From a virus (taxonomy: Duplodnaviria > Caudoviricetes): a stretch of 42,174 bases of DNA. The stretch covers positions 1 through 42,174 of the IMG/VR virus record IMGVR_UViG_3300022177_000061; one strand, given 5' to 3'. How positions within the stretch are numbered: the first letter of the stretch is position 1; each line of letters opens with the position of its first letter. The notes below the pieces were generated by a model. That model was not told where the DNA came from, did not search any database, and saw only the letters and a list, made by a program, of their open reading frames with translations. Made by a program: the position numbers and the translations under genes. Shown here one piece after another: positions 1-8,991 of this stretch.

Positions 1-1317
1 ATGATCGAGGTAAAATTCTATCTTAATAACGCCAAATCTGAAAGCACGACAATCTACGCTGTCGTTCACTATCATAATAAACGCTACAAATATCCTACCG
101 GAATAAATGTCAAACCGGAGCATTGGAATCCAACTAAATATCGCTGCAGAATTAAGGCTGACTTTCTTGACGCAAGTTTTATTAATGACCAGCTCGAGTC
201 TTGGGAGAATCTCATAATAGGAGTGTTCGAGGAGTTTGTTGTAGAACTGATAACTCCATCTCAATATTCCTTCAGGCAGGCTGTAAAAAAACGACTGGAA
301 GATCTTACTCATAAAGAGCCGACTAATAAAAGCGGGCTACTCGAGTTTATGATTCAGTATACTGAAACAGTATCAAGGTCAAACAGAACACTAAAAAAAT
401 ATGGCACGACAATAAACCTGTTTAGGAAGTATCAAAAAGAAAAAAGGACCACCCTTGACTTCGAGGATATTGATATTGACTTCTATGAGTCATTTAAGAA
501 GTGGATGTATAAGGACAACTATTCGGTTAACTACTTCGGCGACATTATCAAGAATATCAAAATGTTTATGAATGAAGCGGAGCAAAGGGGACTACATAAA
601 TCTACTGGCTTTAAAAACAAAAAGTTTAAAACTTTATCGGAAGAGGCGGATACAATCTCTTTATCAATAGAAAAGCTCCTGAAACTCTATAACGTTGAAA
701 TTACAGAAAAAAACATTTCGGACCTTAACGAACAGCTGATAATTGAAGGAGTAAAAACCGATATTCGACCGCATAATATTCAAAGAAGGATTGTTTCATT
801 AATCGATACCAGAGATAGATTCCTTATCGGAGCATTTACGGCTCTTCGATATCAGGATTTCAATGCCCTTAGCGGGTTATCACATAACTCAGAATATATA
901 TCGAGGAGAAATCAGAAAACCGGCAAGTTAACTTCCATCCCTATGCATCCAATAATCAAAAACATACTTAAAAGCAGAGGTGATGTACTACCTCCTAGTA
1001 TTTCCAATACGAAAATGAATAAAGGATTAAAATTACTCTGCAGATTAGCTGGCCTGACAGAACTTAAAGAGGTGAGCATCACTAAAGGGGGTAAACGCAT
1101 TTACCATATGCTTCCAGAATACCAACTGGTAAGCAGTCATACGGCTAGACGATCCGCTTGCACTAACATGTACAAAGCCGGAATACCAAGCCCAATTATT
1201 ATGGCCTTTTCCGGGCATACCAAAATCGCAAACTTCATGAAGTACATCCGGATCGATGCCGAGGAGGCAGCCATACAGATGAAGGACCACCCGTTCTTTA
1301 ACCAGGCAATTGAATAA
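1..1317 (+). CDS. int: Tyrosine recombinase / phage integrase (arm-binding N-domain, SAM-like domain, catalytic domain)
   Basis: Catalytic set ALRYQD (R), QKTG (K), SSHTARRS (HxxR), SGH, KYI (Y); N-terminal KYPTGINVKPEHW arm-binding motif typical of Bacteroidota integrases. Confidence 0.95.
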   Translation: MIEVKFYLNNAKSESTTIYAVVHYHNKRYKYPTGINVKPEHWNPTKYRCRIKADFLDASFINDQLESWENLIIGVFEEFVVELITPSQYSFRQAVKKRLEDLTHKEPTNKSGLLEFMIQYTETVSRSNRTLKKYGTTINLFRKYQKEKRTTLDFEDIDIDFYESFKKWMYKDNYSVNYFGDIIKNIKMFMNEAEQRGLHKSTGFKNKKFKTLSEEADTISLSIEKLLKLYNVEITEKNISDLNEQLIIEGVKTDIRPHNIQRRIVSLIDTRDRFLIGAFTALRYQDFNALSGLSHNSEYISRRNQKTGKLTSIPMHPIIKNILKSRGDVLPPSISNTKMNKGLKLLCRLAGLTELKEVSITKGGKRIYHMLPEYQLVSSHTARRSACTNMYKAGIPSPIIMAFSGHTKIANFMKYIRIDAEEAAIQMKDHPFFNQAIE

Positions 1318-1343
1318 AAAAAGCTGCCCGACGGACAGCCTTT
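1316..1343 (-). terminator. Intrinsic terminator of the late operon (possibly bidirectional)
   Basis: Minus strand AAAGGCTGTCC-GTC-GGGCAGCTTTTTTTT: hairpin with G-U pairs plus U tract, between convergent genes. Confidence 0.75.
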
Positions 1344-1362
1344 ATAGATATGGTTTCAACCA

Positions 1363-1947
1363 TCAAGGAGGTTTTTTCTTCTTCAGGCTTATCCGCCAGA
1401 CAATCGACAATGTATGCGTCTTCTCATTCACCCCATAAGCATAAGAATAACCAGCTCCCCGAGGTGTCATCATAACCAGTGCCGGTCCAAAGTCGGACCG
1501 CTCCTCCGGAGTTAAAGCAAACATTGCCCCGGCATAAAGCTTTAGTCTTTCAGGATCCGCAGGCAGGATTGTGGTAGAATGGATGATCGAGGTCGGCTTC
1601 CTGTTGGCAAAATAGAGCTTCCGTCCCTGGAGCCTGTTCTGAGTCACCGTATCCAGGACCGCGATAAATGCTGAGCTGTCATCCTTCAATGTATCCAGGT
1701 AAACAACCTGGGCAAAGTAATCCCTCAGTATGGCAGCAGTATCAACAAACATCCGCCGGCCGGTATCAACAAAAATGAAGTAAGGATCCGGACGGGACAA
1801 TTCAATTACCGAGGGGATTACATCCCCCGGGACCGTATCAACGCGATAACCGGCCGTCACCTCCGGGCACCGGTGGCATTCTCTCTGAAGGAAAATGATC
1901 CCTATCAGGATGATAATGATGACATAGTGAGGGATTGTTCTTTTCAT
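1363..1947 (-). CDS. Membrane-anchored protein, candidate spanin-like lysis protein
   Basis: Probable start MKRTIPHY at 1947; N-terminal hydrophobic helix then QREC; DT-rich linker; C-terminal amphipathic beta strands; last gene of late operon. Confidence 0.5.
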   Translation of the reverse strand: MKRTIPHYVIIIILIGIIFLQRECHRCPEVTAGYRVDTVPGDVIPSVIELSRPDPYFIFVDTGRRMFVDTAAILRDYFAQVVYLDTLKDDSSAFIAVLDTVTQNRLQGRKLYFANRKPTSIIHSTTILPADPERLKLYAGAMFALTPEERSDFGPALVMMTPRGAGYSYAYGVNEKTHTLSIVWRISLKKKKPP

Positions 1948-1957
1948 GGATAGGGTT

Positions 1958-2290
1958 TTAAAGGATTTCGATTTTCTCAATAAGGCTCAGGTTGTGCTGT
2001 GTCACCCGGGCCTCTTTATCCAGGGAGGCAGCTGCCTCCTTCAGGATGCTTATTTCGGCCTCAGAAAGCTCATACTCGAACTCAGCTGATTTTGCCTTCT
2101 CATTCCAGGCAACTCCCTGATGGCTGAATGTCAATCCATATTTATCAATCTCTGCAGGCTTGAATTCCGTTTTAAGGATCAATCCCCGGACAATGATCTG
2201 CTGCAGTTTGTTTCCTTGCTGTGGGAGGATGTCTGCCAGGATCACCCTTTCTTTGATGTTGAGCTTGAGTTTCTTTGATTCTGTTTTCAT
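1958..2290 (-). CDS. Hypothetical protein, possible tail-fibre assembly chaperone
   Basis: 110-aa ORF directly after the tail fibre gene, good AAAACC-ATG start context. Confidence 0.55.
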   Translation of the reverse strand: MKTESKKLKLNIKERVILADILPQQGNKLQQIIVRGLILKTEFKPAEIDKYGLTFSHQGVAWNEKAKSAEFEYELSEAEISILKEAAASLDKEARVTQHNLSLIEKIEIL

Positions 2291-2298
2291 GGTTTTGA

Positions 2299-4905
2299 TT
2301 ATGTTAATGGTACACTTAAGCTTGACATTGATTTTATATCAGTTACGATGCCTCCGGAGAAGGTTACTGATGCCCGGGTGTAGATAAGGGTCTTGGTTAT
2401 TGAGTTGTATGAGCAGCCGGTCAGAATAGTTGCTGTGCCTGACTGACCGTCCGACCCTGATACGGCAAAACCGAAATTGCTTTCAAAAATGCCGTCCTGC
2501 CTGATGATTGCAACCGAACGGTTGTTCGTGTCGCCGTTGGCTGTATTCCATATCTCGATATTAGTGCCATAGCCGGATGACGAATGCGTCTCTGACGCCC
2601 GTGCCATGATGCCTGCCGGGCTGCCGTAGCCGGAGCCGTTATAAGCATCAAAAGTCACCGCCCCGGCATAGTCATATCGCGACAGGTAGGTTATTCCTGC
2701 TCCGTGACTCTGCAGGCGCAGTACCCCTCCCGGGGTTGCTTTTGTCAGCTTTACCTCACCGGCGGCTATCAGGTTTGATCCTGCATCAATGCCGCCTGAA
2801 ACAGTAAGCAGGTTGGTTGAGTTATTAAAGGCTAACTTGCTGTTTGCATAGTAAAAAGTATTGTTTGTGAGGTAGTACTCCGAAACAACCATGTCGTTGT
2901 AAGAAGTATAAATGCCTGTCTTATTGGTTCCCAGGTAACCATCGGCCATCAGAATCCCGCCAGCCCCTGCCTTAAACAGCCATGCATGGACTTCATCTGC
3001 TGGATTGATCGGGCTTACATTAAAGTTACCGGCATCCCTCTCCCAGTACTGGGTGGGCTGAACTGTTGCAACCTTGATAATACCTGAGGAGTCTGCTGAC
3101 AGGTATCTTTCGCCGGTACCAGTCAATTTGCTGCTAGATATCCCGAATTTGTCAAATAGTACTTGAGCGGAATCAGGTTTGCCGATATTCGTCCAGAAGA
3201 AAATCCCTTCTTCGGCAGACATGTAAACCTCGGTATTACCAAATTCATCGACGATCTCCTTTGACTTGATTTGGATAGTATTGTATTGCGCTCCTGGGAG
3301 TGATATAATATGGTCGGTATTGACCCAGTTTGATCCGTTGTAGAGCAGCATTTGCCCGGCGGAGGGGCTGACCAGGGCAACGTCAGAAAGCCCGGCAAAT
3401 GAGTGATTGTGCGATGCGGTGGCGAAGGCTGAGTAATGTAGGCCATCTAAAAGGTCAGCGTTAAGATTGGTAACAAGATTTGTATTTAACATACTACCTC
3501 CTGAAAGAGGAAGGTAAGAGTGTGTATGAGATGTAATGTTACCAGTTAAAACAGCTTCAACATCAGCTTTAGTAAGAGTTACAGCACCTGTTCTTGTGTT
3601 GAATGAATCAACCTTTGTGCCAGTGAGATAAGTAGTAGTATCTAATACCCAAGTATTAGCTGCAGTTTTCTTAAGAAAACCACTTGTACCTGTTAATCCT
3701 GCAATTGCTGTTAAATCTGCATCTAAAGGTTGATATACACCAGAATGATCGTGAGCTATCGGGGCAAACCTAGCATCACTTTCAGTTTCAGTGAAATACC
3801 TGTCATCGTGGTTATGAGCTGAAGGTGGAAAAGATGTTGGTTTGTTGGTTAAGTTGTTGTAGTCAAGGTAATAGATTCCGTGTTGGCCGTCTAAAAGATC
3901 AGCATTCAGATTCAATACTTTAGAGGAAGATGCGACGACTAATGGAGCAGTCCCCGTAGCGATTGTTGATTGTAAAATAGTACCTCTTACTAATGCTGGG
4001 AAAAATACATTTTGACTAGAATCATAAGAATATATTGAACCTAGACCTGCAAGATTACTAGGAGTCTGCCATCCGACTCCACCGAAACCTAGTATTTTAA
4101 AGATTTCAAGACCTGTATATGAGGCACTATAACCAGTTTGTCCGAATGTAAATCTTACTTGTCCATATTGACTAGCAGCTATATTCCCATATGTGGTGAT
4201 TCCACTTGTATTAATGACATTATATCCACTCCAACCAGCAACAGAAGTCTGATTAGAGAATGTCGTCCACGTGTCAATTGCATCTACGTAATTCGCCTGA
4301 GTTCTAGCATCAATAGTACACCAAGAACCAATGGAGCCATAGGTTCTTAAATAGAGAATGAACTTATTTAGAACCGTGTATATTTGACCAGCTGTATTTA
4401 TAGTTACCCGAACTCGATAATTCGTATAATCAGTTCCTGCTGGATACCCACCACCTCCAACTTTTATATTCCCGCCATTCCCACTGAGTAGTCCAACTTT
4501 ATTTGCATCTGATGTACTGTAAGTTAGCCAAGTAGCCCCACCATCTTGTGAATATTCAATTATTATAGCAGCAGCAGCAGTAAATGCGAATCTGTTCGCA
4601 CCTAGAGGTGGCACCATAGCAGCATCAATAGGAGAATAACTCTCTGATAGATTTTTCCCACCCCAGGTGAGATTAGCTTCAGCACGATAATAACTACCCT
4701 CTTGACCATCGAGCAAATCAGCATCTAAACCCGAACCAGCTCCATCGTTTCCTGAATCCCACATCTTTCTTTCATCCCCAGCCGAAGTGCGGTGGTAGAA
4801 GTTATTGTCTGACTTGGGATAGAAAGCCGAAAAGCCGGCGGCCGGATTACTGCCGGAACTGACATGTACAAAGTCTTCCTGAACAAGAATCTTCTTTGAA
4901 GCCAT
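2299..4905 (-). CDS. Tail fibre / receptor-binding protein
   Basis: Three (L/N/D)ADLLDG repeats, HNHDDRY and HxH metal-binding fibre motifs, G/S/T-rich composition, position after tail tip genes. Confidence 0.85.
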   Translation of the reverse strand: MASKKILVQEDFVHVSSGSNPAAGFSAFYPKSDNNFYHRTSAGDERKMWDSGNDGAGSGLDADLLDGQEGSYYRAEANLTWGGKNLSESYSPIDAAMVPPLGANRFAFTAAAAIIIEYSQDGGATWLTYSTSDANKVGLLSGNGGNIKVGGGGYPAGTDYTNYRVRVTINTAGQIYTVLNKFILYLRTYGSIGSWCTIDARTQANYVDAIDTWTTFSNQTSVAGWSGYNVINTSGITTYGNIAASQYGQVRFTFGQTGYSASYTGLEIFKILGFGGVGWQTPSNLAGLGSIYSYDSSQNVFFPALVRGTILQSTIATGTAPLVVASSSKVLNLNADLLDGQHGIYYLDYNNLTNKPTSFPPSAHNHDDRYFTETESDARFAPIAHDHSGVYQPLDADLTAIAGLTGTSGFLKKTAANTWVLDTTTYLTGTKVDSFNTRTGAVTLTKADVEAVLTGNITSHTHSYLPLSGGSMLNTNLVTNLNADLLDGLHYSAFATASHNHSFAGLSDVALVSPSAGQMLLYNGSNWVNTDHIISLPGAQYNTIQIKSKEIVDEFGNTEVYMSAEEGIFFWTNIGKPDSAQVLFDKFGISSSKLTGTGERYLSADSSGIIKVATVQPTQYWERDAGNFNVSPINPADEVHAWLFKAGAGGILMADGYLGTNKTGIYTSYNDMVVSEYYLTNNTFYYANSKLAFNNSTNLLTVSGGIDAGSNLIAAGEVKLTKATPGGVLRLQSHGAGITYLSRYDYAGAVTFDAYNGSGYGSPAGIMARASETHSSSGYGTNIEIWNTANGDTNNRSVAIIRQDGIFESNFGFAVSGSDGQSGTATILTGCSYNSITKTLIYTRASVTFSGGIVTDIKSMSSLSVPLT

Positions 4906-4906
4906 T

Positions 4907-6088
4907 TTAGCCGATTACTGTTACCTGGTATTTATTGGCTGCAGGAGCAGCATTAAAAGCAATCACAACAGAGGTTGCATTCGGAATGGTTACATCCACC
5001 TCAACCTCTGCAAACGGAGTGGCCGTATCGCGGACACTGACAGATACATTCTGTGTGGCCAGCCCGTGGTTGATGGTGTAAGAAGTTGCACTGGTGGAAA
5101 GAACCTGACTGTACTTCCTGGCCAGAGAAATGGATCCTCCAACATTCAACACACCGGCAAGAGTCGCTGGGGTGACTGCTCTTTCGGTATCAGAGCCTGC
5201 AGATACTTCAGCCTGCGTTGCAAGCTCAATCAAACCCCGCTGGGTAGTAGTAGCCGGTCTGTTATCAAGGGTATGCTTCAATCCAGCCGGATGGACCGCC
5301 CGGGTAGTGTCGGTTCCGGTCAAAGATTCGGCACCGGTGGCTAATTCTACAATACCCTTCTGGGTCTCACTTGCATCCAGGATGTCAGGGATATTCTTAT
5401 TGACAAGTGTCCAGTGTGCCAGGGTTGTTGGATTATCCTGTTTTGCGATGATCATATCGCCAACCTGGACGGCCTCCCCATGGAATGAGCCGGCCACCGT
5501 CACAACGTAAGTATAGCCCTGCAGTACTGCCCCTGCAGCTGGGGTTGTCAAATTGGGAGTGTTTGTCGCAGCATCATAACCACCTTTAAACACCAGCGCA
5601 CCGGTGACTGCATTCTGGAGAGCAGATATCAAATCATTGATCTTACTTGCAGACCACAGGTTCGTTGTTGAAGTCAGGTTATCATTCAGCTCCCTGTGGA
5701 TGTTGGCAGTACCGATATGTGTGTCGATCTGAGCATGGGTATTGCTCCCAATCTCGCTCAGGTCCGAGTGCGCGAGCTGTTGCATCCTGGCTTCTGTTGC
5801 ACTGAAAGCCCGGAGTACGTGCCCCACTGAAGCACCGGAAATGGTATGCTCGGCTCCAAGGGCCGTGGCTGTAGCGAGCACGTGGGACTTTGGAGTTCTG
5901 GGATCATTCAGATCATCCATTGTAAGCCAGGCAGTACCGGACCATACCCTGAGTTTGTTCAGCGTAGTATCAAAGTACATCTGCCCATATACCGGACTGG
6001 CTGGAGCTGTGGCCAGGTTCTCAATCCGGACCTGAACCAGTTGGTTGCGATTAAGGTCGATATCGACCAGAAAAATTTTACGTGCCAT
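4907..6088 (-). CDS. Tail fibre / fibre adaptor protein
   Basis: Repeated A(S/T)xTQ(K/R)G(I/L)(V/I)ELAT...AV(H/T)PA fibre motifs; PVYGQMYFDT motif; C-terminal NHGL...VSV beta domain. Confidence 0.8.
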   Translation of the reverse strand: MARKIFLVDIDLNRNQLVQVRIENLATAPASPVYGQMYFDTTLNKLRVWSGTAWLTMDDLNDPRTPKSHVLATATALGAEHTISGASVGHVLRAFSATEARMQQLAHSDLSEIGSNTHAQIDTHIGTANIHRELNDNLTSTTNLWSASKINDLISALQNAVTGALVFKGGYDAATNTPNLTTPAAGAVLQGYTYVVTVAGSFHGEAVQVGDMIIAKQDNPTTLAHWTLVNKNIPDILDASETQKGIVELATGAESLTGTDTTRAVHPAGLKHTLDNRPATTTQRGLIELATQAEVSAGSDTERAVTPATLAGVLNVGGSISLARKYSQVLSTSATSYTINHGLATQNVSVSVRDTATPFAEVEVDVTIPNATSVVIAFNAAPAANKYQVTVIG

Positions 6089-6093
6089 TGTGT

Positions 6094-6606
6094 TTAGTTT
6101 AAATCAGCATACCCGGCAAAAGGTGCAGAGAATGCGACGGTTAAAGAATTGAGATCAATATGTGTAACCTCCCCTTCTATCTCATTCCCTGAGGAATCAG
6201 TTATGGTCACGGAAGGTATTTTGCCAAAATTGTGAACAACATTCCATAAGGCTTCCGGGATGCTTTGAGTATGCCTGTACTTCCGATCATCAGAGAAAGG
6301 TTCCGGGAAAACTACAATCACCTCCTTTGTCCAAACTCCGGAATCCCAAATAAGCAAGGCCAGCTCTCTTTCTTCGACTACTAAATTGAAGTGCTGATAA
6401 TAGCCTGGCAAAGAGGTTATGTAAACTCGAGGACCTGATGGGGTTCCGGGATTGGTATTCAAATTTGCGACACCTCGAAACTCCCTCAGCCCTACTTCGG
6501 AAATCATGGCCAATAAGACTTCTTGCATATTCTGGCCAGTAATTTCTTCATTGAAATTTGGCCGGACTATGCCTTGAATGTAACTTATGAGTGCCTCGTA
6601 TGCCAT
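6094..6606 (-). CDS. Tail tip / fibre attachment protein
   Basis: Probable start MAYEAL at 6606; NEEITGQNMQEVL N-motif; C-terminal HNFGKIPSVTI beta domain like that of the next gene. Confidence 0.65.
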   Translation of the reverse strand: MAYEALISYIQGIVRPNFNEEITGQNMQEVLLAMISEVGLREFRGVANLNTNPGTPSGPRVYITSLPGYYQHFNLVVEERELALLIWDSGVWTKEVIVVFPEPFSDDRKYRHTQSIPEALWNVVHNFGKIPSVTITDSSGNEIEGEVTHIDLNSLTVAFSAPFAGYADLN

Positions 6607-6610
6607 GTGT

Positions 6611-7501
6611 TTAGAAATAGTCAGGATTATAATCAGGATTAAAGTCTCCAAGCTGGCTCCCCTGCCCTTCGGTGATGGAATAGACATTTTCTGCCGGCAC
6701 CATCTCAATCTGCCATCCGGCAAAGGGGTATTGTTTCTCCCTGATGGCTTCGAACTTCGCCCCTTCATTCTTCACATACTGCCGGCCATTGATCTCAACA
6801 TAGGCCAGGGAAAGGATCCTGTTGATTTTGTCTGCCATCCAGTTCGGGAGTCCTCCCCCTGGGCCAAAGGTGAATTTGTAAACATTGAATGGAATGGAGC
6901 TTAACAGCACGATATCGCGAAGCTGATCCACGTAAAAAGTATCCTTCGATGCCGGAGAAAAGCCCTCAGAAGCCAGCCCCCCTTCCACCCGGAGTTGAAA
7001 GAATCTCCGGGAATGAACCAGTCCGGTAGGATAGAAAGCAACATCGAATTCGTTGCCGTCGTGGGAGTATTCTATCAGCAGAGATTCGGGCAAGTCCTCG
7101 ACGATTTCAAACTTTTCTGAAATATGATTCACGAATGTTTGCACTCCGTCAACCAGAATCTCTGGCTTAAGCTGTATGTAATAAGATCCAGGCTGCAGGC
7201 TTTCTATGATCTGATCCGTTGACCGAGGAGACCAGACATCGTAATCTCCATAGCTTCCGATCAACCCCCCGGTGTAATAAGCCACTATTTCAAAGGACTC
7301 GTTTAGGACCTCGTAGCCCATTGAGAACCAGTTGTTTTTAAGCAGCAAAACCTGGAACATCAGCTTATCGGTAGCGCAGAACTTCTGGACATATATCGCC
7401 TTCTCCTCGAAAGAAGGGATTAGATCACAAGCAGATTTCCCGCCTGCAAGAGGCCGGAACCGGAGCGGATTTAGGTACGGTATAAGCACAACCTTTGTCA
7501 T
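6611..7501 (-). CDS. Putative tail tip / baseplate protein
   Basis: 296 aa, ATGA-coupled to the upstream gene, between tape measure and fibres; ends DFNPDYNPDYF. Confidence 0.6.
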   Translation of the reverse strand: MTKVVLIPYLNPLRFRPLAGGKSACDLIPSFEEKAIYVQKFCATDKLMFQVLLLKNNWFSMGYEVLNESFEIVAYYTGGLIGSYGDYDVWSPRSTDQIIESLQPGSYYIQLKPEILVDGVQTFVNHISEKFEIVEDLPESLLIEYSHDGNEFDVAFYPTGLVHSRRFFQLRVEGGLASEGFSPASKDTFYVDQLRDIVLLSSIPFNVYKFTFGPGGGLPNWMADKINRILSLAYVEINGRQYVKNEGAKFEAIREKQYPFAGWQIEMVPAENVYSITEGQGSQLGDFNPDYNPDYF

Positions 7502-8991
7502 CGAATTAATTTGGTTAGGTCGTTATTTGGCCCTGAGAGCAGCGTCAATCGAGCCGATGATTTTCCATAAAGTTTGATCCCGCACTTTAGGACAAAGCCC
7601 ACGTACTCTTCTCCTTCATAAGTAAAGGAGATGCAGCCATACGGGCTTTGCATGATTGTTTGAGCGAAGTCCCTGGGGATCTGAGCATCAAATTCGAGCA
7701 GTACTGGTTTGAAAAAGAAAGGATCTTCGGTCGGGAACCCCGAGCCTTCGTAAAGGAAATTACCTCCGGATACTGCCGTTTCATTATTCTTATTATCGAA
7801 CTGCGACGAGGCAAATGCCACCGGCAGCCCACGCTTGCCCACTAAGCTGTTGACATAAAATTCATTATTCATCAGGATACGTACCGGGCTGATGCGGGTG
7901 TTGCGGGTTGAAATTATCCCGGGAATACCAACCTTACGGATCTGCCCGAACTCCGGGACCCGGTACTCATCGTCCCCTTCCTGAAGTACAATCAGAAACG
8001 CCTCCGTATCCTGCGACTCGTCATCCGGATGTTGGATACAATACTGAATCCCCGTCCAATCTGCCCGGAACCGGGTTGTAAGGTCATGTTCCTTTTCAAT
8101 GCCGACAGCCGGACCGACAAAAACTGACTCACAGTTAAATTCATACTTGCTGGACAGATCCGAGTACGATGGAGTGACATGTCCCGTCTTAATCCTGCTG
8201 CATAAGAACTCCTGAGCCGGTGTCACCTTAAGGTTGGATGCCTTGCCAAGGTCATACACCTGAGTATCTGCAAACAACTGTGAATAGCTTTTGAACACCA
8301 GGGTCTCCTTCCCCTGTATCACCTCCACACCGGCAGAGCATCCCGTAAGAGCTCGAATTGTCTGCAAAACATCATCGAACGATGCATTGATCGAATACAG
8401 CGTAGAGCCTCTGAGAGCCATCCCGGTGGTTAGCGCGATGTATTCAAGCGGGGCAGTAATTACCGCTGTATTCAACCCGAACTCTCCCAACGCATAACGG
8501 CCTTCCGTCACCTGGTCGAAAACGGCCTGCAAAAGCCTAATTAAATCCGTATTCTCGATGACGACATTCTCCACCTTAAAACGGGAAGGACTGGGGACAA
8601 AAACGTTAATGTCATACCGGGTTTTTCCATTTGCTTTGATGAAGTTGGAAAGGCCGGCATCCTTAACCGTGATCTCAACCGAATGCTGGCCATCGATGAA
8701 AGTGGTAAAATCAAAAATCCCGGAGAACTCCGTATGATAAGTCAGGGTCATCCTGTTGAGCTTGCGGATCTCTAGCTTGACACCGGTATTGATAAAGTCT
8801 TGATAGAACGCTTCCCGGAGGATCCGGGCACCGTCTTTCATAAATTTCAGATTGACCGTATATGCCCGCAGCACTCCGAGCATGGATGTGGACCTCTCAA
8901 TATTTACAAGCGTCTCATCCCATCCTTCCGGTGAGTATTGCAGTACAGTGGAATCGTACCCTCTTGATATGATATAAATCAAATCCTTCAT
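7498..8991 (-). CDS. Putative distal tail / baseplate hub protein
   Basis: Start MKDLIY at 8991 overlaps the tape measure stop (TGATG); first gene after TMP. Confidence 0.6.
   Translation of the reverse strand: MKDLIYIISRGYDSTVLQYSPEGWDETLVNIERSTSMLGVLRAYTVNLKFMKDGARILREAFYQDFINTGVKLEIRKLNRMTLTYHTEFSGIFDFTTFIDGQHSVEITVKDAGLSNFIKANGKTRYDINVFVPSPSRFKVENVVIENTDLIRLLQAVFDQVTEGRYALGEFGLNTAVITAPLEYIALTTGMALRGSTLYSINASFDDVLQTIRALTGCSAGVEVIQGKETLVFKSYSQLFADTQVYDLGKASNLKVTPAQEFLCSRIKTGHVTPSYSDLSSKYEFNCESVFVGPAVGIEKEHDLTTRFRADWTGIQYCIQHPDDESQDTEAFLIVLQEGDDEYRVPEFGQIRKVGIPGIISTRNTRISPVRILMNNEFYVNSLVGKRGLPVAFASSQFDNKNNETAVSGGNFLYEGSGFPTEDPFFFKPVLLEFDAQIPRDFAQTIMQSPYGCISFTYEGEEYVGFVLKCGIKLYGKSSARLTLLSGPNNDLTKLIR

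Noticed and set aside
2299-3200. Diversity-generating retroelement target in the Asn/Tyr-rich distal tail fibre
   Set aside because: No reverse transcriptase ORF and no second near-identical template repeat seen in the window; a trans-acting DGR cannot be excluded
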